NCBI RefSeq assembly: GCF_003018235.1
Contig: NZ_CP027437.1
Source: Escherichia coli
GTDB lineage: Bacteria; Pseudomonadota; Gammaproteobacteria; Enterobacterales; Enterobacteriaceae
DNA: 64,000 nt
Reading direction: 5' to 3' (one strand)
Positions within the stretch are counted from its first letter, which is position 1; every line of letters starts with the position of its first letter. Under the pieces are notes generated by a model, which made no database searches, was not told the DNA's origin, and saw only the letters and a program-made list of their open reading frames with translations. This document shows, one piece after another, positions 56,696 to 64,000 of the stretch. The position numbers were made by a program, and so were the translations under genes.

Positions 56696-57130
56696 TTACG
56701 GCAGGACTTTCTTAAGCAAATGCTCAAGTGTTGCCACTTCGTCCGCCGTCAGGTTTTTTGTTAATTCTTGATGCAGGTCCTGGCCAACTAATTGATGGCA
56801 TTGTTCACATATTGCCGCGCCGCTGGTGGTAAGTTTTACCAGTACGCCGCGCTTGTCATTCGGGTTCGGCAACCTTTCCACCCAGCCTTTACAGACCAGG
56901 CGATCCAGCATACGGGTCAGCGCCCCCAGGTCGACCGATAACACTTTTTTCAGTTCAACCGGAGTAATACACGCCGCGCAGCGGATAGAGCAGAGCACCT
57001 TAAACTGTGCCGCGGTAATATCCAGCGGAGACAGATACTCGTTAAGCAGGCGATCTTTCTTCTGATTAACCATATGGATTAAGCGACCCAATGGAATAAT
57101 TTCATTGAACAGATCGCTGGTACTTTTCAC
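56696..57130 (-). CDS. marR: Repressor MarR (144 aa, GTG start) with G103S and Y137H relative to K-12
   Basis: [62 protein letters not shown]... Confidence 0.95.
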
Positions 57131-57341
57131 ATTAGTTGCCCTGGCAAGTAATTAGTTGCAGGGGATAATATTGCCCAGGCAAGTATAAGTCAAATGAATG
57201 AATTGACCGATGCCACGTTTTGCTAAATCGGTTCAAGTTTTGGTCAGTGCGATGCAAGGTTAGCTAAAGAGTGACACTTTATCCTTGTTTACCCCTTATA
57301 CTTTTCGCTGATAACCCAGATACACAGGATAACAACCACCA
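57131..57341 (-). promoter_or_regulatory. marO: marO: marRAB promoter (-35 TTGACT, -10 TATTAT), MarR sites I and II, marbox; divergent marC promoter
   Basis: MarR palindromes TTGCCctGGCAA (57136-57147) and TTGCCcaGGCAA (57171-57182); marbox atttagcaaaacgtggcatc (57209-57228, - strand). Confidence 0.85.
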
Positions 57342-58007
57342 ATGTTAGATTTATTTAAAGCAATTGGCCTGGGGCTGGTGGTGTTACTACCGTTAGCTAA
57401 CCCATTAACAACTGTCGCGTTATTTCTTGGCCTGGCAGGCAACATGAACAGTGCCGAACGTAATCGTCAGTCGTTGATGGCCTCGGTGTACGTCTTTGCC
57501 ATCATGATGGTGGCGTATTACGCCGGGCAATTGGTGATGGATACATTTGGCATTTCGATTCCCGGTCTGCGAATTGCAGGCGGCTTAATCGTCGCGTTTA
57601 TCGGTTTTCGGATGCTCTTTCCGCAACAGAAAGCGATTGATTCACCGGAGGCGAAAAGCAAGTCGGAAGAGCTGGAAGATGAACCCAGTGCCAATATTGC
57701 CTTTGTACCACTGGCAATGCCAAGTACCGCCGGTCCGGGAACCATTGCAATGATTATTAGCTCGGCGTCCACAGTGCGTCAGAGTTCAACCTTCGCTGAT
57801 TGGGTACTGATGGTTGCGCCGCCGCTGATCTTTTTCCTGGTGGCGGTTATTTTGTGGGGAAGTCTACGCAGCTCTGGCGCAATTATGCGGCTGGTGGGTA
57901 AGGGGGGCATTGAAGCGATCTCCCGTCTGATGGGATTCCTGCTGGTATGTATGGGTGTGCAGTTTATTATTAACGGCATCCTGGAAATCATTAAAACGTA
58001 CCATTAA
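57342..58007 (+). CDS. marC: Inner membrane protein MarC
   Basis: 221-aa [24 protein letters not shown]... Confidence 0.9.
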   Translation: MLDLFKAIGLGLVVLLPLANPLTTVALFLGLAGNMNSAERNRQSLMASVYVFAIMMVAYYAGQLVMDTFGISIPGLRIAGGLIVAFIGFRMLFPQQKAIDSPEAKSKSEELEDEPSANIAFVPLAMPSTAGPGTIAMIISSASTVRQSSTFADWVLMVAPPLIFFLVAVILWGSLRSSGAIMRLVGKGGIEAISRLMGFLLVCMGVQFIINGILEIIKTYH

Positions 58008-58008
58008 A

Positions 58009-58030
58009 AAAGGCCCGAATGGGCCTTTCA
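58009..58030. terminator. Bidirectional terminator between marC and sotB
   Basis: Hairpin aggccc-gaat-gggcct flanked by A and T runs. Confidence 0.65.
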
Positions 58031-58031
58031 A

Positions 58032-59222
58032 CTATTGCGTCTGTTCTTCGAGTGTCACTGGCCAGCGGCGAAATATAATGATTGACCATATTAACGCGGC
58101 AAAAGCAGGCACCGCGCCCACATAACCAATCATCGACATTGACCAGTGCAGACTCACCTGATTACCTACCAACGCACCCGCCCCGATTCCAATATTAAAT
58201 ATCCCGGAGAATAGCGCCATCGCGACGTCGGTGGCATCTGGTGCCAGCGCCAGCACTTTAACCTGCATACCAAGCCCGATGATCATCATCGCGATCCCCC
58301 AGAAAATACTTAGCACCCCGAGGTGTATTTCACTGTTCGCCGCAGGTAGCAGCAGTGCGAGGCACACCAGCAACAACGCAATCGCCGTACTCACCAACGC
58401 AGACGCATACTGATTACCCAGTTTACCGAAAATCACGCTGCCAATAATGCCCGCACCACCGAGTAATAATAGTAATGCCGTGGCAAAGTTGGCGCTGAAT
58501 CCCGCAATGTTTTGCACAAAAGGCTCGATATAGCTGTATGCCGTGTAATGGGCGGTGACAACCACCACAGTTAACAAATAAATGCTCATTAATGCCGGGC
58601 GGCGGAACAATAGCGGGAGGCTTTTCAATGAACCGGAATGCTCACTGGGCAGCAAGGGAAGTAACTTAATCAGGCACAAAAGGGTAATAAACGCCCCGAT
58701 ACCAATCGCGAAGAAGGTCATTCGCCAGCCAAAATACTGCCCCACAATGCGCCCGAGAGGTAAACCTAATACCATCGCCAGTGCAGTACCGGTGGCAATT
58801 AAACTCAATGCCTGTGCTCGCTTCCCGGCCGGAGCCATACGGATCGCCAGAGACGCCGTAATCGACCAGAAAATCGCATGTGCAAAAGCCACACCAATGC
58901 GACTGATCACCAGAACGGTAAAACTCCACGATAAAAACGACAGTACGTGGCTGGCAATAAACACCACAAACAGGCAGATCAGTAATTTGCGCCGTTCAAC
59001 CTGGCTGGTCATTAACATAAAAGGCAATGACATTAGCGCTACTACCCATGCGTAAATGGTCAACATAATGCCGACCTGAGCGGTTTGCATGTGAAAACTT
59101 TGCGCAATGTCAGAGAGCAGGCCAACTGGGACAAATTCGGTGGTGTTGAAGATGAAGGCGGCGACTGCCAGCGTAACGACCCGTAGCCACGCCACTTTGC
59201 GGGAAACAGTGTTTGTTGTCAT
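58032..59222 (-). CDS. sotB: MFS sugar efflux transporter SotB (YdeA)
   Basis: 396-aa [30 protein letters not shown]... Confidence 0.9.
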   Translation of the reverse strand: MTTNTVSRKVAWLRVVTLAVAAFIFNTTEFVPVGLLSDIAQSFHMQTAQVGIMLTIYAWVVALMSLPFMLMTSQVERRKLLICLFVVFIASHVLSFLSWSFTVLVISRIGVAFAHAIFWSITASLAIRMAPAGKRAQALSLIATGTALAMVLGLPLGRIVGQYFGWRMTFFAIGIGAFITLLCLIKLLPLLPSEHSGSLKSLPLLFRRPALMSIYLLTVVVVTAHYTAYSYIEPFVQNIAGFSANFATALLLLLGGAGIIGSVIFGKLGNQYASALVSTAIALLLVCLALLLPAANSEIHLGVLSIFWGIAMMIIGLGMQVKVLALAPDATDVAMALFSGIFNIGIGAGALVGNQVSLHWSMSMIGYVGAVPAFAALIWSIIIFRRWPVTLEEQTQ

Positions 59223-59371
59223 AACAGATTATCGGGTGAGTTGCGAAAAAGTGATGAAATGATCTTAAAACGGTTAATGATGTGAATACAATGCATTTGT
59301 GATCTGGATCGCGTTTTCCGTTTCTCTGACGCTGATTCTTTCACGCGTCAGAGAGTCGGTCACATCACTGT

Positions 59372-60487
59372 TTAATGACGTTCAGGGAGGTCTGGCGTTT
59401 TGGCGGTTGCGGGTATAGGTGGTCTGACAGGGGAGCGAGGCCTGTTTTTCACCAGGTCTTCATGAGTAACTTTTGGCGGCGTTTCATTTTTTATAAAAAG
59501 TTTGAGGGTCTTGCGCGCCATATGTTTGATAATTTTATCATCACTTAATGATGCTGGCATCAACACGTCAATCAAATCACTTTCATTGGGATTCATAAAT
59601 TGGTGATAGTGCAATAACATATTGGCGAAAAATAAAAACAAGTCCTGAAAATGTGGAAAATCTTGTTCTGCTAAAATGGATAAAAAGCAGATGCAGACTT
59701 CGGGTAGTACATGTTTGTTAGAACCTAGTGAATCCATCAGACTTTGCAATAAATCCTCTTTTAATTCGCTGTCCGTTATATCGAGAATAGCGGTAAGCAA
59801 GTTAGGTTCTTTATTCCCGAACCATCTGTGAACCTCAGAGTTATTCCATAATCGGGGGAGTATGACAAAATTACCGCGAGAGATAAAATTCAGGACAAGC
59901 AAATCAAACTGGCGTAAGTAATCTGCAGCGGTATGGTGATCCGGATGCAGGGGTTCAATATGTGGCGTATGCGCTCTTTTGATAGGAACGCCAGGGTTGA
60001 TTATTGGGAATTGTTCAATAAAGTCATTCAGAAACAGAAAGAGTACACGCTCGACGCCGGTCTGAAATACGCGCCCCATAGTGACAGGCTTTGGGTTGGG
60101 AGCGCAAAAAATATTAATTTCTCCATCATGGCGGAAATTATCTAAATAAATAGGGCTTAAATTTATTACTACCTGAAATTCAATATTTTCTTTGTGTCTT
60201 CCATTCTTGACGGGATAAGTGAGTTTAAACTGAACCTTTTCATTGTATAGCGTGTCGTTACCCCGAAAAGAAGTCCTCTGAATATATGATAAGTTGTCAA
60301 GGTTATTAAATATCTTTTTTGTGGCTGAGTTGATGTTTAAAGACGTGCGCCACTCTTCATCACATATTATTGTACTTAGCGCATCAATAAAATCCTTTAA
60401 AACTTCTTTTACCTGAGGTGCAATATTACGAACGGGAAAATCATAAGGAAGAGATATGTAATTGCTGATGCTTACTGGCGTAACCAT
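59372..60487 (-). CDS. yneK: Uncharacterised protein, YneK by position (371 aa)
   Basis: Length and position between sotB and yneJ match K-12 yneK. Confidence 0.65.
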   Translation of the reverse strand: MVTPVSISNYISLPYDFPVRNIAPQVKEVLKDFIDALSTIICDEEWRTSLNINSATKKIFNNLDNLSYIQRTSFRGNDTLYNEKVQFKLTYPVKNGRHKENIEFQVVINLSPIYLDNFRHDGEINIFCAPNPKPVTMGRVFQTGVERVLFLFLNDFIEQFPIINPGVPIKRAHTPHIEPLHPDHHTAADYLRQFDLLVLNFISRGNFVILPRLWNNSEVHRWFGNKEPNLLTAILDITDSELKEDLLQSLMDSLGSNKHVLPEVCICFLSILAEQDFPHFQDLFLFFANMLLHYHQFMNPNESDLIDVLMPASLSDDKIIKHMARKTLKLFIKNETPPKVTHEDLVKNRPRSPVRPPIPATAKTPDLPERH

Positions 60488-60570
60488 ATTTGCCCCATAT
60501 AGTCATAAGTCATCGGAGCATCACTATATAGAGCATATTAGCCGCAAGAACTATCAAAAATAGCTCATTG

Positions 60571-61446
60571 CTAACTCTGTTTTGCCGAGTCAGACACATC
60601 CAGTAGTTGAATAAATGCCTCAAGCGGACGCGTTTTCGCACCGCGACGCCAGACCAGCCAGGTTGTTAACCAACGCCATTGCTCAGCTAACGGCCACGCT
60701 TCAACCTGGTGATGCCCCGGCATACTTTCCAGCATAGAGCGTGGAATAAGCGCAATGCCTGCTCCTGCGACCACACAGGCCAACATCCCGTGATACGACT
60801 CCATCTCGTGAATAGTTCCCGGAGCGGCACCGTCAGCATGAAACCAGCTCTCGAAGTGGCGACGATACGAACAATTGGCGCGGAAGGCATAAATGTTACT
60901 GCCATTAACCTGACTGGCACGGGTTACTGGCGCATGTCCTTGTGGCGTGACAATCATCAGCTCCTCGCGGTACACCGGTATCCCGTCAATGGCAGTATGG
61001 TTAATGGGCCCATCAATAAACGCCGCATTCAGTTTTCCCTCCAGCACCCCTTCCAGCATAGTGCCGGAAGGGCCGGTGGAAAGTGAAAACTGAATTTTGG
61101 GATAACGACGGTTAAATTCCGCCAGCGTGGCCGGAATGCGCACTGCTGCGGTGCTTTCCAGCGAACCAAGAGAAAATAAACCTTGCGGCTCATCGCCAGC
61201 GACAATGCTCCGCGCTTCATCCACTAATGCGAGAATTTGTTGGCTATAGCGTAAAAAGTTATGCCCGGCAGGCGAGAGACGTAAACGCTGATTCTCGCGA
61301 ATAAACAGATCAACCCCCAGTTCTGTTTCCAGCTGGCGTAGACGGGTAGTGAGATTCGACGGCACGCGATGCACTTTTGCTGCAGCCTGGGTTATGCTGC
61401 CAGCTTCGGCAACCGCGTTGAACATCTCCAGTTGGGTCAGATCCAT
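60571..61446 (-). CDS. yneJ: LysR-family transcriptional regulator YneJ
   Basis: N-terminal HTH and C-terminal LysR substrate-binding domain; divergent from sad. Confidence 0.75.
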   Translation of the reverse strand: MDLTQLEMFNAVAEAGSITQAAAKVHRVPSNLTTRLRQLETELGVDLFIRENQRLRLSPAGHNFLRYSQQILALVDEARSIVAGDEPQGLFSLGSLESTAAVRIPATLAEFNRRYPKIQFSLSTGPSGTMLEGVLEGKLNAAFIDGPINHTAIDGIPVYREELMIVTPQGHAPVTRASQVNGSNIYAFRANCSYRRHFESWFHADGAAPGTIHEMESYHGMLACVVAGAGIALIPRSMLESMPGHHQVEAWPLAEQWRWLTTWLVWRRGAKTRPLEAFIQLLDVSDSAKQS

Positions 61447-61546
61447 AATATTCTCGATTCGTGAATAAGTGGCTTAATATTATTCATTTTAAAGCAAGAG
61501 TAAATCTGCGTATCTTCATACAATGACTCATAAAGGAGATACCCCG

Positions 61547-62935
61547 ATGACCATTACTCCGGAAACTCATGCAATTTCGATAAATCCTGCCACCGGTGAA
61601 CAACTTTCTGTGCTGCCGTGGGCTGGCGCTGACGATATCGAAAACGCACTACAGCTGGCGGCAGCTGGCTTTCGCGACTGGCGCGAGACAAATATAGATT
61701 ATCGTGCTGAAAAACTGCGTGATATCGGTAAGGCTCTGCGTGTCCGTAGCGAAGAAATGGCGCAAATGATCACCCGTGAAATGGGCAAACCAATCAACCA
61801 GGCGCGCGCTGAAGTGGCGAAATCGGCGAATTTGTGTGACTGGTATGCAGAACATGGTCCGGCAATGCTGAAGGCGGAACCTACGCTGGTGGAAAATCAG
61901 CAGGCAGTTATTGAGTATCGACCGTTGGGGACAATTCTGGCGATTATGCCGTGGAATTTTCCGTTATGGCAGGTGATGCGTGGCGCGGTTCCCATCATTC
62001 TTGCAGGTAACGGCTACTTACTTAAACATGCGCCGAATGTGATGGGCTGTGCACAGCTCATTGCCCAGGTGTTTAAAGATGCGGGTATCCCACAAGGCGT
62101 ATATGGCTGGCTGAATGCCGACAACGACGGCGTCAGTCAGATGATTAAAGACTCGCGCATTGCTGCTGTCACGGTGACCGGAAGTGTTCGTGCGGGAGCG
62201 GCTATTGGCGCACAGGCTGGAGCGGCACTGAAAAAATGCGTACTGGAACTGGGCGGTTCGGATCCATTTATTGTGCTTAACGATGCCGATCTGGAACTGG
62301 CGGTTAAAGCGGCGGTAGCCGGACGTTATCAGAATACCGGACAGGTTTGTGCAGCGGCAAAACGCTTTATCATCGAAGAGGGAATTGCTTCGGCATTTAC
62401 CGAACGTTTTGTGGCAGCTGCGGCAGCCTTGAAAATGGGCGATCCCCGTGACGAAGAGAACACTCTCGGACCAATGGCTCGTTTTGATTTACGTGATGAG
62501 CTGCATCATCAGGTGGAGAAAACCCTGGCGCAGGGTGCACGTTTGTTACTGGGCGGGGAAAAGATGGCTGGGGCAGGTAACTACTATCCGCCAACGGTTC
62601 TGGCGAATGTTACCCCAGAAATGACCGCGTTTCGGGAAGAAATGTTTGGCCCCGTTGCGGCAATCACGATTGCGAAAGATGCAGAACATGCACTGGAACT
62701 GGCTAATGATAGCGAGTTCGGCCTTTCAGCGACCATTTTTACCACTGACGAAACACAGGCCGGACAGATGGCGGCACGTCTGGAATGCGGTGGGGTGTTT
62801 ATCAATGGTTATTGTGCCAGCGACGCGCGAGTGGCCTTTGGTGGCGTGAAAAAGAGTGGCTTTGGTCGTGAGCTTTCCCATTTCGGCTTACACGAATTCT
62901 GTAATATCCAGACGGTGTGGAAAGACCGGATCTGA
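61547..62935 (+). CDS. sad: NAD+-dependent succinate-semialdehyde dehydrogenase Sad (YneI)
   Basis: Aldehyde dehydrogenase motifs LELGGSDP and catalytic Cys (QVCAAAKR); 462 aa; SD aaggag. Confidence 0.9.
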   Translation: MTITPETHAISINPATGEQLSVLPWAGADDIENALQLAAAGFRDWRETNIDYRAEKLRDIGKALRVRSEEMAQMITREMGKPINQARAEVAKSANLCDWYAEHGPAMLKAEPTLVENQQAVIEYRPLGTILAIMPWNFPLWQVMRGAVPIILAGNGYLLKHAPNVMGCAQLIAQVFKDAGIPQGVYGWLNADNDGVSQMIKDSRIAAVTVTGSVRAGAAIGAQAGAALKKCVLELGGSDPFIVLNDADLELAVKAAVAGRYQNTGQVCAAAKRFIIEEGIASAFTERFVAAAAALKMGDPRDEENTLGPMARFDLRDELHHQVEKTLAQGARLLLGGEKMAGAGNYYPPTVLANVTPEMTAFREEMFGPVAAITIAKDAEHALELANDSEFGLSATIFTTDETQAGQMAARLECGGVFINGYCASDARVAFGGVKKSGFGRELSHFGLHEFCNIQTVWKDRI

Positions 62936-62998
62936 CGCTACATATTCAGCTCTGATATACTCGCAGGTCTTTTCAGACCTGCGGTCCAGGAGTAGAAA

Positions 62999-63925
62999 GT
63001 GGCAGTCGCCATGGATAATGCAATTTTAGAAAACATCTTGCGGCAAGTGCGGCCGCTCATTGGTCAGGGTAAAGTCGCGGATTATATTCCGGCGCTGGCT
63101 ACGGTAGACGGTTCCCGATTGGGCATTGCTATCTGTACCGTTGACGGACAGCTTTTTCAGGCCGGAGACGCGCAAGAACGTTTTTCCATTCAGTCTATTT
63201 CCAAAGTGCTGAGTCTCGTTGTCGCCATGCGTCATTACTCCGAAGAGGAAATCTGGCAACGCGTCGGCAAAGATCCGTCTGGATCACCGTTCAATTCTTT
63301 AGTGCAACTGGAAATGGAGCAGGGTATTCCGCGTAATCCGTTTATTAATGCCGGTGCGCTGGTGGTCTGCGATATGTTGCAAGGGCGATTAAGCGCTCCT
63401 CGGCAACGTATGCTGGAAGTCGTGCGCGGCTTAAGCGGTGTGTCTGATATTTCCTACGATACGGTGGTAGCGCGTTCCGAATTTGAACACTCCGCGCGAA
63501 ATGCGGCTATCGCCTGGCTGATGAAGTCGTTTGGCAATTTCCATCATGACGTGACAACCGTTCTGCAAAACTACTTTCATTACTGCGCTCTGAAAATGAG
63601 CTGTGTAGAGCTGGCCCGGACGTTTGTCTTTCTGGCTAATCAGGGGAAAGCTATTCATATTGATGAACCTGTGGTGACGCCAATGCAGGCGCGGCAAATT
63701 AACGCACTGATGGCGACCAGTGGTATGTACCAGAACGCGGGGGAGTTTGCCTGGCGGGTGGGACTACCGGCGAAATCTGGCGTTGGTGGCGGTATTGTGG
63801 CGATTGTTCCGCATGAAATGGCCATCGCAGTCTGGAGCCCGGAACTGGATGATGCCGGTAACTCGCTTGCGGGCATTGCTGTCCTTGAACAATTGACGAA
63901 ACAACTAGGGCGTTCGGTTTATTAA
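62999..63925 (+). CDS. glsB: Glutaminase 2 GlsB (YneH)
   Basis: 308 aa serine-dependent glutaminase (SISKV motif). Confidence 0.9.
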   Translation: MAVAMDNAILENILRQVRPLIGQGKVADYIPALATVDGSRLGIAICTVDGQLFQAGDAQERFSIQSISKVLSLVVAMRHYSEEEIWQRVGKDPSGSPFNSLVQLEMEQGIPRNPFINAGALVVCDMLQGRLSAPRQRMLEVVRGLSGVSDISYDTVVARSEFEHSARNAAIAWLMKSFGNFHHDVTTVLQNYFHYCALKMSCVELARTFVFLANQGKAIHIDEPVVTPMQARQINALMATSGMYQNAGEFAWRVGLPAKSGVGGGIVAIVPHEMAIAVWSPELDDAGNSLAGIAVLEQLTKQLGRSVY

Positions 63926-64000
63926 TGCAGTCTCTCGATCCACTCTTCGCGCGTTTATCCCGTTCAAAATTTCGCTCTCGGTTTCGTTTGGGCATGAAAG

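Noticed and set aside
63699-63995. 98-aa - strand ORF overlapping the 3' end of glsB and running to the window edge
   Set aside because: Mostly antisense to glsB with Arg/Pro-rich composition; the part beyond glsB is too short to assess.

Overview
This window is E. coli chromosome from a non-K-12 lineage (MarR carries G103S and Y137H). Bases ~735-38277 are a Qin-like lambdoid prophage whose right junction lies inside ydfJ; the rest is the ydfI-dcp-dgcZ-eamA-mar-sotB-sad-glsB backbone. The left edge is the 3' part of an IS21-family (IS100-like) element (istB). Prophage genes run left to right on the + strand: a QueH-like DUF208 gene, orphan hokD toxin, rem, ydfU, antiterminator Q, a 3.6-kb Q-to-holin cargo interval (cspF, cspB, small ORFs, intrinsic terminators), a pinholin/SAR-endolysin/spanin lysis cassette, cspI, gnsB, ydfO, a cos-like site, terminase, gpW, portal, a fused protease-scaffold-major capsid gene, head completion genes, Z/U/V, G and the G-T frameshift chaperone, tape measure, M-L-K-I-J, lom, side tail fibre and assembly protein, pinQ and ydfK. 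The chromosomal part carries a 6.1-kb PTS beta-glucoside islet (GntR regulator, IIB/IIC/IIA, ScrY-like porin, GH1 6-phospho-beta-glucosidase) between eamA and marB, and the PhoP-controlled MgrR/mgtS pair. No rRNA, tRNA or CRISPR array was seen. The most interesting unexplained material is the prophage-borne QueH-like gene next to the IS, and the dense set of unannotated small ORFs and terminators downstream of Q and flanking the csp genes. All homology calls are from reading the translations and from memory of the K-12 and lambda proteins; no database search was run.
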